This document shows, in pieces, positions 34,575 through 43,351 of a stretch of DNA of 44,398 nucleotides. Both the position numbers and the translations under genes were made by a program. Each line of letters starts with the position of its first letter. Position 1 is the stretch's first letter. This stretch comes from a virus. Taxonomy: Duplodnaviria > Caudoviricetes. Location: the IMG/VR virus record IMGVR_UViG_3300015050_000672, positions 1 through 44,398 of that record. One strand, given 5' to 3'. Under the pieces are notes generated by a model. That model saw only the letters and a list, made by a program, of their open reading frames with translations, did not search any database and was not told where the DNA came from.

Positions 34575-35002
34575 TCCTGGGCATTGCACTCTTCATCGCT
34601 GGCATGTTCATCGCTACGCAGAACACGCAGAGCAGAATATCAATGCCCTTGATCGTGGTCGGGCTGGTGCTGTTCGCTACAGCGGCGCACGCGCATGATC
34701 CAGCGGAACCAGAGCTAGACCAATGGTACTCCACCCGTAAGCAGCCAGACACCGGAATTAGCTGCTGTGGTCCATCGGACGCCTATTTCTGCGACGAGGG
34801 GGCGAAAGGTTCGCAAGTCGTCTGCACGATCAACGATACCAGGGACAACGCGAAGCTAAGCCGCCCGCCAATTCCAAATGGAACGGTAATAGAAATACCG
34901 CAGCACAAGATTAACAAAGACCCAAACCCGACCGGCCGGGCCGTGGTGTGGATTAGCTCCTATGGGTTTGTCTGGTGTTTTGTTGGAATTTCGGGCTCCT
35001 GA
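34571..35002 (+). CDS. Exported Cys-rich hypothetical protein
   Basis: Hydrophobic N-terminus with AHAHD cleavage-like site; SCCGPSD...PNPTGRAVVW...CFV. Confidence 0.65.
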   Translation: MILGIALFIAGMFIATQNTQSRISMPLIVVGLVLFATAAHAHDPAEPELDQWYSTRKQPDTGISCCGPSDAYFCDEGAKGSQVVCTINDTRDNAKLSRPPIPNGTVIEIPQHKINKDPNPTGRAVVWISSYGFVWCFVGISGS

Positions 35003-36235
35003 ATGGCCTTCTCGCCACCCCCGAGTGACGAACAGTGCCGCGAAGCGTATCAGGCCAGCCAAACCCACAAGGTTCATTCACGCGCTGCGCAAGCGATCAA
35101 CATAACCGTACCACAACTGAAGTGGCGGATTAAGCTCTATTTCGAACGCGGGCTAGGCGGCACGGCGCCGGTTCTCCCAGGATTTCGAATCTCCAAAACC
35201 ACAGCCGTCACCAACCAAGACGGCGAGATCGTTCGCGAGTTCATCCAGCAAAGGCCAGAACTTGGCGAGGAGTTTGAGGTTCCTGCTGGACATGCTGTTA
35301 AGGGCGTGTCTGCTCTGGTTGGTGCTGACGGCCGTACCATTCAGCAATGGATCAGGACGAAAGAGCAAACACAAACCGACCTGATTGCGGCCATCAAGGA
35401 AGAGTTCTCGCAGTACAGGGGAACAGCGAAGCTAACCAAGCCGCCAAAGGAAACTCACTCCGACCTGATGCAGATTTACCCGGTCTGCGACGTTCACGCC
35501 GGTATGCTGGCATGGGGACCGGAGACGGGAGAATCCAACGACCTGAAGATCGGCGTTGACCGAGTGGACGGCGCGTTGCAGCGCCTCATATCTCTTTCGC
35601 CTCCCGCCGAGACGGCCGCGATTATCAACCCCGGGGATTTCTTCCATGCCGATTCGCAGTCGAACGCAACGCCAGCTTCCGGCCACCAGCTTGACGTTGA
35701 CGGCCGCGCGCAGAAGGTCAAGCTTGCGGGCGTTCAACTGCTCAGGCGCTCCATTGATTACGCGCTGCAAAAACACTCGCGTGTAATCGTCAAGAACCTG
35801 AAGGGCAACCACGACCCAGAGTCCGCAGCCTGGTTGAACATCGCCTTGGGCATGTTTTATTCCGATGAGCCTCGGGTAGAGATCGACCTTGAGGACGGCA
35901 ATAACGATATCTGGCTGCACCTGTTCGGAGTCAACTACATCGGGGCAACGCACGGCCACACCATGAAGCCAGAGCGGATGGCGATGGTAATGGCTGACGA
36001 CAACCCGGAGTATTGGGGAGCGTCCAAATATCGCTGGATGATCTTCGGGCATATCCATCATGAGACGGTCAAGGAGGTCGGCTCGGTTCGTTGCGAGAGC
36101 TTCCGTCAGCCCGTCCCCAAGGACGCCTACGCTCATAGCCACGGCTACCGGGCGGGTAATTCAATGTCGGCGGTAACCCTGCACAAGTCTGACGGCGAGA
36201 TTGGCCGGCACAAGATCAACTTTCCGAGGGGCTGA
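35003..36235 (+). CDS. Calcineurin-like metallophosphoesterase with N-terminal HTH-like extension
   Basis: All five motifs present: DxH (CDVHAG), GD (PGDFFH), GNHD, HGH, GHIHH. Confidence 0.85.
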   Translation: MAFSPPPSDEQCREAYQASQTHKVHSRAAQAINITVPQLKWRIKLYFERGLGGTAPVLPGFRISKTTAVTNQDGEIVREFIQQRPELGEEFEVPAGHAVKGVSALVGADGRTIQQWIRTKEQTQTDLIAAIKEEFSQYRGTAKLTKPPKETHSDLMQIYPVCDVHAGMLAWGPETGESNDLKIGVDRVDGALQRLISLSPPAETAAIINPGDFFHADSQSNATPASGHQLDVDGRAQKVKLAGVQLLRRSIDYALQKHSRVIVKNLKGNHDPESAAWLNIALGMFYSDEPRVEIDLEDGNNDIWLHLFGVNYIGATHGHTMKPERMAMVMADDNPEYWGASKYRWMIFGHIHHETVKEVGSVRCESFRQPVPKDAYAHSHGYRAGNSMSAVTLHKSDGEIGRHKINFPRG

Positions 36236-36585
36236 TGGCGCTAACGCTTACGGCGGAAATGCTTGCGCACGCCTATGATTATCTGGCTTGTCAGAAACCG
36301 TTCAACAGTTGGAATTTGCCGCCATCCGAGGACGTTAAATTCTCGGTGGTCCGTCGTAAGGACCGCTTCGCGCACTACCAGATGAAGGGCGGGGAGCATC
36401 ACATCGTGTTCTCGTCGCACTATGTTGGTCGGCATGAAGTTTTGATTTCAACGATGGCGCACGAAATGATACACTTGCACGTCGAACAAGTCTGCATCGC
36501 AACCAGCAATCCGCACGATGCCGCGTTTCACAAGTTCGCTGATCGCGTCTGCAAGATACACGAATTTGATCGACGGACTTTTTAA
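36235..36585 (+). CDS. SprT-like zinc metalloprotease
   Basis: TMAHEMIHL...PHDAAF (HExxH plus downstream H). Confidence 0.75.
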   Translation: MALTLTAEMLAHAYDYLACQKPFNSWNLPPSEDVKFSVVRRKDRFAHYQMKGGEHHIVFSSHYVGRHEVLISTMAHEMIHLHVEQVCIATSNPHDAAFHKFADRVCKIHEFDRRTF

Positions 36586-37005
36586 GTGTACGAGATCGCG
36601 GAAATCGGCGGCCTTGATAACAGTGCAACCATCGAACACTTCAACGGGCTTGATCCGATCTTCCCGAGACTTGAGCTAAAGCATCTGGTCAACGGTTACT
36701 GGTGGCTTGCTTACCAGCAAGACGATCCTGTGGCGTTCGCTGGCATGGTTCCTTTCGGCCTTCCGGGTGTCGGATATTTCAAGCGCTGTTACGTCAAGCC
36801 GGATCATCACGGCCGCGGGCTGCAATATCGCTTGATGGCGGCAAGAGAGTTGAAGGCGAAGCAACTTGGCTGGACGTGTCTGGTTAGCGAGTGCGGAGAT
36901 GGTAATACTTACTCTGCGAACAACTTCCGGCGGTTCGGGTTTGAGCAGTTTGAACCAGAACAGCCTTGGGCGTCGGCTTCGATTTATTGGCTGAAACGCC
37001 TTTAG
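36586..37005 (+). CDS. GNAT-family acetyltransferase
   Basis: YVKPDHHGRGLQYRL acetyl-CoA motif; NTYSANNFRRFGF. Confidence 0.85.
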   Translation: MYEIAEIGGLDNSATIEHFNGLDPIFPRLELKHLVNGYWWLAYQQDDPVAFAGMVPFGLPGVGYFKRCYVKPDHHGRGLQYRLMAARELKAKQLGWTCLVSECGDGNTYSANNFRRFGFEQFEPEQPWASASIYWLKRL

Positions 37006-37044
37006 ATATAGTGTTTGGCGTCGATTTGTGCTAGGCTGATTTGC

Positions 37045-37326
37045 ATGAAAATCTATCTTGCTGGACGCATTCGCGGTGTCGAAAACTATCACGAAATTTT
37101 CGCAGAGGCCGCGGATAGGCTCCGCATAGACGGGCACACTATTTTCAATCCAGCCGCTGCAAACCAAGAAGGCAGGCCGCTGAACAAGATCATGGCCTAT
37201 CTTCTTGTGTGGCTTTGCGAAGAGGCCGAAGCCGTTGCGCTCTTGCCGGGATGGTGGCGCAGCGGAGGCGCTAGAATTGAGTGGATGCTGGCGAAGTATC
37301 TCAGGCTGAAGATTATCTACCTCTAA
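37045..37326 (+). CDS. DUF4406 / nucleoside 2-deoxyribosyltransferase-like protein
   Basis: KIYLAG.I.G...FNPA...LLPGWWRSGGARIE...A. Confidence 0.85.
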   Translation: MKIYLAGRIRGVENYHEIFAEAADRLRIDGHTIFNPAAANQEGRPLNKIMAYLLVWLCEEAEAVALLPGWWRSGGARIEWMLAKYLRLKIIYL

Positions 37327-37352
37327 CCACCACCAACATCTGACTAACCCAA

Positions 37353-37375
37353 CCCGCCCTAGCGGCGGGCTTTTT
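37353..37375 (+). terminator. Intrinsic terminator
   Basis: CCCGCC-CTAGC-GGCGGG followed by C-TTTTT. Confidence 0.75.
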
Positions 37376-37390
37376 CGCAAGGAGAGATAA

Positions 37391-37810
37391 ATGGCCACCT
37401 TCACCAAATACCAGGACGCTGTTGAGCAGATGTGGACCGGCACCCACAACCTCACGGCGGCTGGCAACGTCGTCAAGGCGTGCATTCACACGGACGCCCC
37501 GGTTGTCGCTACCGACGACGAGCTTGCGGACCTGACCCAGATCACGGGGACCGGCTACACTTCCGGCGGCAACGACACCCAAAACGCTATGACGGGAACC
37601 AGCGGCACGGCGACCTGGACGGCCACGGACATTGTTTGGACTGCTGGCGCTGCTGACTGGACGTCCACGGCTCGCTACGTCACGCAATACAACGACACCT
37701 CGACCGGCGACAAGCTGCTGAACTCGTGGGACTACGGATCGACCTTTGCGCTGGGTAACGCAGAGACCTTCACCTTGGATTTCGGAGCCTCGGTGGCGAC
37801 GCTTGCATGA
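37391..37810 (+). CDS. Virion structural protein (fibre base/adaptor type)
   Basis: GTGYTSGG...DIVWTA...YNDT...DYGS..L..ETFTLDF; AAGGAG SD; biased codons. Confidence 0.7.
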   Translation: MATFTKYQDAVEQMWTGTHNLTAAGNVVKACIHTDAPVVATDDELADLTQITGTGYTSGGNDTQNAMTGTSGTATWTATDIVWTAGAADWTSTARYVTQYNDTSTGDKLLNSWDYGSTFALGNAETFTLDFGASVATLA

Positions 37811-38202
37811 GCAAGATCAGGAACCTGAAAAAGATTGAGCTAGCTGACACGCGATCTCCTGACGAGATATTCGCGGCGTTCGGGCCGATCGCAGCTAGGC
37901 ACGGTAAAATCTCGAAAGGGACTATCCTGCCTTTTACGACAGTGCCTGCTTGTCCTCGCGTCAAGGTCTCGGAATTTCCAAAGAACTTCATCCCCACTCG
38001 ATATTTCGAGGCTATGGAGCATAACCAGCAGATTAGAAGCTGCTGCCGGCATCCTGAGAATCACGAAATCGAGGCTATGAAGTCCCACCCGGACGAAGTG
38101 GCCCCCGATATCTACGTGTTCTATTGCACCTGCGGTCGTAAACACAGGCGATTTTGCATCGGCAAGTTCGATGTCAATCGCCCTTATTGGGAAGCAGCCT
38201 AA
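37807..38202 (+). CDS. Cys/His-rich hypothetical protein
   Basis: CCRHPENH...YCTCGRKHRRFC. Confidence 0.6.
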   Translation: MSKIRNLKKIELADTRSPDEIFAAFGPIAARHGKISKGTILPFTTVPACPRVKVSEFPKNFIPTRYFEAMEHNQQIRSCCRHPENHEIEAMKSHPDEVAPDIYVFYCTCGRKHRRFCIGKFDVNRPYWEAA

Positions 38203-38997
38203 ATGTCATTTGGACGTCTTGGGGCGTTGGGCCGTGGCTTCGGCCGCATGGGAAGCGGCGGGAAAAGTGGATCTATTATCATCCCCGGGATTATTACCGC
38301 GGGGACCGGCTCTTATGCGTGGACCGGCGACGATGCGACTCCTGTCCAGAACCATATCCTAACGGCTTCGGGGGGGTCTTATACTTACACTGGCCAGGAC
38401 GCGACGCTGACGAAAAGCGGTGGCGCTGCTGTCACGCTCAACGACTCTGACAGGGGCGCCAATGTCAGCCTGAGTGGTGGCTTCTTGACGGCAACCAACA
38501 CGACTACGCGCGGAAACGTCCGCTCGACCACCAGTAAGTCGTCGGGCAAATTCTATTTTGAACACCTGCTTACAACCGGATCAAACGGTTTTGACCATGG
38601 AGTCGGGGTAGCAAATTCTACCGCTTCATTAACTACTGGTCCCGGTGGTTCAGGTGGCGCCCATTCTGTTGGACAGTATGGCGGCAACGCCACGATTTAC
38701 ATCAATAACTCATCGGTGGGTACGGGCACTGTCTGCACACTAACTAACCGTATGTGCGTGGCAGTAGATTTTGACAACAACCGCATTTGGTATCGGACCA
38801 ACGCTGGAAACTGGAACAATAGCGGGTCGAACGACCCAGCGACCAACACCGGAGGTGTGGATATCTCTTCCATTACTGGACCGTTCTTTGCTTTTGTTTC
38901 TGTGGAGCAATCAGGCGGGGGCAACGCCGTTTCCACGATAAACTTCGGTGCAACTGCTTTTACCCATACTGCCCCGTCCGGCTTTGGAAATTGGTAA
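38203..38997 (+). CDS. Fibre protein with C-terminal SPRY/ConA-like domain
   Basis: Repeats GSYAWTGDDAT and GSYTYTGQDAT; SGKFYFE...VAVDFDNNRIWY...INFGA..F...PSGF. Confidence 0.7.
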   Translation: MSFGRLGALGRGFGRMGSGGKSGSIIIPGIITAGTGSYAWTGDDATPVQNHILTASGGSYTYTGQDATLTKSGGAAVTLNDSDRGANVSLSGGFLTATNTTTRGNVRSTTSKSSGKFYFEHLLTTGSNGFDHGVGVANSTASLTTGPGGSGGAHSVGQYGGNATIYINNSSVGTGTVCTLTNRMCVAVDFDNNRIWYRTNAGNWNNSGSNDPATNTGGVDISSITGPFFAFVSVEQSGGGNAVSTINFGATAFTHTAPSGFGNW

Positions 38998-39000
38998 GTA

Positions 39001-41235
39001 ATGCCGACAGTCAATCTCGTTTCAGACTTCGGCGCAGTAGGCGACGGGCAGCGGACGACCGTCAATATCACCGTCACGTCCGGCTCGGCAGTTCTTACGT
39101 TGGGCACTGCGACCTTTAATGCTGGCACGATCACAGGCAAAACGGTATCGGTTTGGAACGGTAGTAACTACAACACCGGAGTTGTTCAAGCATCACCTAC
39201 GCCCACCTCGACCGTCGTCACGTTGAGCAATAACTTCACTTGGAACGCAACGGCGTCTTCGTCAGACGTCCTGTGGGGGACTGACGACACCAGCGCATTC
39301 AAGGGGACAACAGGCTCTTGGCGCGCCTATGCGAGAACTCAAACAGACACAGGCGACCCGCCGATCCTGGAAATACCAGATGGCAATTATCTAATAGATA
39401 TGGGCGCGGGTGCTGGTGGCATCGGCGGAGGAATGAATGTCGGGGTCTTAAATAACCTCACCGTCCGCGGCCAGTCCGGAGTTGCCGCCAACGTCAAGCT
39501 GATGAATTTTGCAAACGGTGAAGTGCGGCTAGGCCATGACGTGGCTGTGGTTCACAATCGAGGGCTTTACAATAACGGGGCAAGAAGCGCTCGCGTCCTT
39601 ACAGGGCGACGGGGCGACACAACAATTACCCTTTCGAACCCTACCGGACTAGACGACGCCTCCGCTACATACGGATCGCGCATTGTCGTCGGCAGAGCTT
39701 GCCTTCTGACGGCGTTTGACCTTCAGGCGCAAGATGACAGCGATTACAGTTACCCACCGAACCCGTTCTATACCGAGTGGAACAAAGTCACGGCGTATAA
39801 TTCAGGCACTGGCGTAATCACGCTGGAAACCCCGCTTACGCAGGACTATTTAGCGACTTCCCCGCAGTGGTGCCCTGACGATACGTCATTTGCATCTGGC
39901 CATGTGAGCGGGGCCGATCATGGCGGGCCATTCACGATCTACATTGCGCCGGATGGCTATAACACCACGATCACACTTGAAGATTTTACAGTAGACGACC
40001 CACACAACCAGACCGCTGTCCACGTTCGGTATATGGTCTGCAACCGTCTTGTCATGACTGGCTTCGGGCTTTACCCGACGCAAAATGATATTATTGAAAT
40101 GAACGATTGCGTTTATCCAAATCAGCTTGAGGTCGATAAGATGACCAATCAAGTGACTTGGAACAACTGCACGCTAAACCGGCTGCAACAGCAATCTGCC
40201 TCGCCCAATAAAATGATCCTAAACGGCGGATCGATAACGACGTTGGACACCGCGCGATATACAGAGGCGAACAATGTCGCAATAACTAGCGTCCTGATTG
40301 GCGTTTCCGGCTACGGCAGGACCGACAGGGCCATCCTCAACAACTGCACAGGCATCACGACCCTCCAGCGCTCGGGCTGCTCCAGTGACGACCTGGGGGG
40401 CAGCAGCGGGCCGAGCGCAGGAACGGACGCAAGTTCATTCTACGAGTTCAACGCAGGCGTGATGCGGTTCCTCCGATCAAGAAACGACGCGGGTGCGTGG
40501 GCAAGCGGGACAGGCCAGCAAAACCCGACCAGAATGTTCACGCCAGGGGCGTGGGTTTTCTTTGACAACAAATATCTAGACCAGGTTACAGATGTCTGGG
40601 ACGACGGGACATACTGCTATATTAGCTGGGCGAATACAACGGATTGGCCGTTTACCCCAGTCTCTAGGTTCCAGTCTCACCCGTGCCCGGATTGGACGGT
40701 AACAAACTCCACGGGAACGGCCCCTCAGCTGGAGGACTTTAACGCTGCAACGAACCGCGCCCCGATCTACTCATACAGCAAGAGGTCGATTGTAGCCGGG
40801 GCTTCCGCCGCTACCGTGAACGCAAATTATAATGCGCTTCTGTTGGGGAAATTCGTTTCCGAGAAATTGAACGTCATTACGCCTTATGTGGCAGGTGCGC
40901 TGACGTTCAACGATAGCCAGTTCAAGAATCGGACTTACGTCCAAAGGTCGGATTGGTCTTCGTCTACCACCTTCGGCAGCACCATAAATATGGCGGTCGC
41001 TGGTGAGCGCATCATCCGTTCGGCTACCACAGCCACCGGAGCGCAAAGCGGCGATTCCCTAGAGGACATGACGACGCCGGGTGAGGTTAACTTCACGGGA
41101 GCGGCCGCCGCTGGGACCATCTTTAGTGCGAATGTGACAAACGGAGAGACGCCAACTATCACCGTTGAATACATTATGGATCAGGGCATCCCACCAATCA
41201 GCCGAGGAAGGCTTGTTTTGTTAAGGATTAGATAA
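39001..41235 (+). CDS. Tail-spike/depolymerase-like protein (pectate-lyase-type N-terminal motif)
   Basis: VNLVSDFGAVGDG...TDDTSAF...IPDGNY; beta-rich 744 aa. Confidence 0.65.
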   Translation: MPTVNLVSDFGAVGDGQRTTVNITVTSGSAVLTLGTATFNAGTITGKTVSVWNGSNYNTGVVQASPTPTSTVVTLSNNFTWNATASSSDVLWGTDDTSAFKGTTGSWRAYARTQTDTGDPPILEIPDGNYLIDMGAGAGGIGGGMNVGVLNNLTVRGQSGVAANVKLMNFANGEVRLGHDVAVVHNRGLYNNGARSARVLTGRRGDTTITLSNPTGLDDASATYGSRIVVGRACLLTAFDLQAQDDSDYSYPPNPFYTEWNKVTAYNSGTGVITLETPLTQDYLATSPQWCPDDTSFASGHVSGADHGGPFTIYIAPDGYNTTITLEDFTVDDPHNQTAVHVRYMVCNRLVMTGFGLYPTQNDIIEMNDCVYPNQLEVDKMTNQVTWNNCTLNRLQQQSASPNKMILNGGSITTLDTARYTEANNVAITSVLIGVSGYGRTDRAILNNCTGITTLQRSGCSSDDLGGSSGPSAGTDASSFYEFNAGVMRFLRSRNDAGAWASGTGQQNPTRMFTPGAWVFFDNKYLDQVTDVWDDGTYCYISWANTTDWPFTPVSRFQSHPCPDWTVTNSTGTAPQLEDFNAATNRAPIYSYSKRSIVAGASAATVNANYNALLLGKFVSEKLNVITPYVAGALTFNDSQFKNRTYVQRSDWSSSTTFGSTINMAVAGERIIRSATTATGAQSGDSLEDMTTPGEVNFTGAAAAGTIFSANVTNGETPTITVEYIMDQGIPPISRGRLVLLRIR

Positions 41236-41239
41236 GGCG

Positions 41240-41437
41240 TTATCGCCGGTATACGGCGGATTGGTAGTCGCATTCAGCTTGACGCTGGGCATCGACGGCT
41301 CTTTGATACCGGGCCTCTAACTTTAGGCGCTCACGGGGATCGGTTGGCACTTTTATCATATCAAATACCCGGACAAATTCTGCCGCGTCAGCGCGGCGTC
41401 GTTTAAGTTCCAGAATGTCGGTCGTCTGTTTTGCCAT
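41240..41437 (-). CDS. Hypothetical protein
   Basis: Convergent with the late operon end. Confidence 0.45.
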   Translation of the reverse strand: MAKQTTDILELKRRRADAAEFVRVFDMIKVPTDPRERLKLEARYQRAVDAQRQAECDYQSAVYRR

Positions 41438-41509
41438 CCCACACCACTACCCCACGTTGCCCATTAAATCTAGGTCTTCGGTAAAAGGTTCGGTGGTTGG
41501 CCAAGAGCG

Positions 41510-41755
41510 CTAGTAGGTGCCGTCCAGGGCGCGCTCGACCCGCATCATGTAATTGAGCAGCAATTGCTCAGCGGGATTTCTGTCCCTGTTCTTGAGTCGG
41601 ATCATTCCTTCCCTAGTTTCTTCGTAGACGGCCGCCCTCCAGCAATGGCGAGCGGCAAACTTGCGAGGGCACGGCGACGGCGCGTCGTCGGGGTGGCATG
41701 CGCAAGTTCTGGTGTCTTCTTTCGCTTCGGCCGCTTGGTCCATCTGCCTCTCCAT
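41510..41755 (-). CDS. Hypothetical protein
   Basis: TCACHPDD.P.PCPRKFAARHC motif. Confidence 0.55.
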   Translation of the reverse strand: MERQMDQAAEAKEDTRTCACHPDDAPSPCPRKFAARHCWRAAVYEETREGMIRLKNRDRNPAEQLLLNYMMRVERALDGTY

Positions 41756-41762
41756 TGGTGGT

Positions 41763-41882
41763 CTAGAGATGATCGCTTAGTCGGGTGCCTACCAAAACTG
41801 TGAAAACCATTCCGAAGATGAAACCAATCGCCAGGCCGTAAGCGAGGGCTTTCTCTGGGCCGATAAATTCAAGGAAGGTCAT
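41763..41882 (-). CDS. 39-aa membrane peptide
   Basis: MTFLEFIGPEKALAYGLAIGFIFGMVFTVLVGTRLSDHL. Not in the ORF track. Confidence 0.45.
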   Translation of the reverse strand: MTFLEFIGPEKALAYGLAIGFIFGMVFTVLVGTRLSDHL

Positions 41883-41906
41883 AGTCTAAAGCTCACTGTT
41901 TAAGTG

Positions 41907-41981
41907 TGGTGGGGCCGTGGGGATCAATACCCCGACTAGCTGCGCCAGACCTACACCCGCCTTCGCGGGTTCACCGGCCCC
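41907..41981 (-). ncRNA. 75-nt tRNA-like RNA with ACCA end and no normal anticodon loop
   Basis: GGGGCCG/CGGCCCC-ACCA; ACCCGC-GAAG-GCGGGT; CTGGC-GCA-GCTAG; GGGG-TATTGAT-CCCC. Confidence 0.6.
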
Positions 41982-42119
41982 ATAGCCTGAATTCAACGGA
42001 GACAGGCTGAGCCGCATTGCCCGTGCACGGTGCCGATGCGGAACCTTGTGGCGGTCGGTGACTTTCGCTATCACCCTCATTGCCTGCCTCCATCCCCCGG
42101 ACTAGCCGGGAGCGAAACT

Positions 42120-42326
42120 CTATTCCCAACGCAGCCTGCGGATCGTGCCGTTATTGGCATCGATCAGATACATCGAGCCCCCCTCGTCGCTGACGACAGC
42201 GCGTCCGCTAAGCTGTCCGTCAATGCGAATATACGGGATAGCTTCTTGCGTGGCTAGATTGGCCCCCTCTACATCTGAGGCGCCGAGTAATGTTGTCAAT
42301 CCACCGCCTGCGGTTCCACTAAGCAT
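42120..42326 (-). CDS. Hypothetical protein
   Basis: AAGGAG SD, 68 aa. Confidence 0.5.
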   Translation of the reverse strand: MLSGTAGGGLTTLLGASDVEGANLATQEAIPYIRIDGQLSGRAVVSDEGGSMYLIDANNGTIRRLRWE

Positions 42327-42369
42327 TTTCTCTCTCCTTGGGTTGGGTTGGGGGTGTTTCGATGTTCGG

Positions 42370-42549
42370 TCAGGATCGGGCTGGAGCTGGGATGCAGTAA
42401 TAACTTGTCGTATGATCTTTGGCTTCTAGCTTCCAGCGCTCTCCTGCGCTTTGGCATTCTGCCCGGTCCTTGTACGGTAATGGAACGGTCGTAACTCCCA
42501 CGCCGCGGACGAGCTGCGAGCCAATAGTGAGAACCAGGATCCATGTCAT
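42370..42549 (-). CDS. Small exported protein with two Cys
   Basis: MTWILVLTIG...AECQSAG...YYCIPAP; GGAGG SD. Not in the ORF track. Confidence 0.5.
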   Translation of the reverse strand: MTWILVLTIGSQLVRGVGVTTVPLPYKDRAECQSAGERWKLEAKDHTTSYYCIPAPARS

Positions 42550-42565
42550 TCACGCCCTCCATTTG

Positions 42566-42682
42566 TCATTTCACCCACCCCATGTTGACGGCGAGAACTA
42601 TAAAACCAAGCGCAAGAAGCAGCAGTATCACACCAATCCCAGCCGCCATGGCTAGGTCTCCAACAGTGATTGCGTGGTTCAT
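42566..42682 (-). CDS. 38-aa membrane peptide
   Basis: MNHAITVGDLAMAAGIGVILLLLALGFIVLAVNMGWVK. Not in the ORF track. Confidence 0.45.
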   Translation of the reverse strand: MNHAITVGDLAMAAGIGVILLLLALGFIVLAVNMGWVK

Positions 42683-42693
42683 AATGTCGCGCA

Positions 42694-42936
42694 CTAGCGG
42701 TCTCCATTCGGGACCGAAACATCTGTCATGGCCCGCCAGGCGGACTCGACAACTACGTCATGATGTACAGCCGTCTTGCCAACGACGGCGTCAGCGCCGG
42801 CCGCCCACATCTCACGAGACGGATTTTTCATTAAGATAATCGCCGCATCCAGCTTCGCTACTATATCCTTGCTGGCATAAGGAAATTCGTACTCCAAATC
42901 CGATTTGATGTCGTCTAGACGCTCAAGCAGGTTCAT
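42694..42936 (-). CDS. Hypothetical phage protein
   Basis: MKNPSREMWAAG...AWRAM motif. Confidence 0.55.
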   Translation of the reverse strand: MNLLERLDDIKSDLEYEFPYASKDIVAKLDAAIILMKNPSREMWAAGADAVVGKTAVHHDVVVESAWRAMTDVSVPNGDR

Positions 42937-43146
42937 TCTTGCATCCTTTCCTATGGCGCTCTCTACTGAGCATCGTTCAAAAGCTGTTCCATATCCCGCA
43001 TCTGCCGAGATATCAGATAGGTAGGGATTTCAGGAACCTGGAGCAGCTCAATCAGGTTGCTGCACCGATGGCCTATCGGGCTGTCCGCCCCGTATCTGAC
43101 GCGCTTGGCGATCAGATCACGGCGGAGAACGTCCAGTGAACCTGCC

Positions 43147-43351
43147 TGTGTCAATGGTGTGCCAATATCCTGACACGTTCCTGTGCCGTTCACGGTCGAA
43201 GCTGCTTGATCCTGCAAGGGCATTGCGAATTTCCCCTTATTTTCCAACGGTTGCATAATTTGCGTATTCCCCTATATGGGTGTCACTTTGCCGACTTAAC
43301 CACTTGATCTTGCTTGCCTTCGTCTTTAGCTGTGTCATCTGGCGTGTCAAA
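43147..43351. other. Putative attP region (arm-type repeats around an AT-richer core)
   Basis: GTGTCA/GTGCCA copies at about 43148, 43159, 43171 (inverted), 43280, 43332 and 43344, next to the int 3' end. Confidence 0.45.

Noticed and set aside
41907-41981. tmRNA or tRNA-Ala
   Set aside because: GGGGC...ACCA ends are similar, but there is no G3-U70 pair, no TTCRA T loop and no tag frame between the ends.
41886-42080. 64-aa CDS
   Set aside because: No recognisable motif and it lies wholly within densely base-paired sequence; an RNA element fits better, though coding is not excluded.
42963-43256. 97-aa CDS downstream of int
   Set aside because: Its 5' half overlaps the putative attP repeats and it has no motif support; a shorter 3' ORF remains possible.
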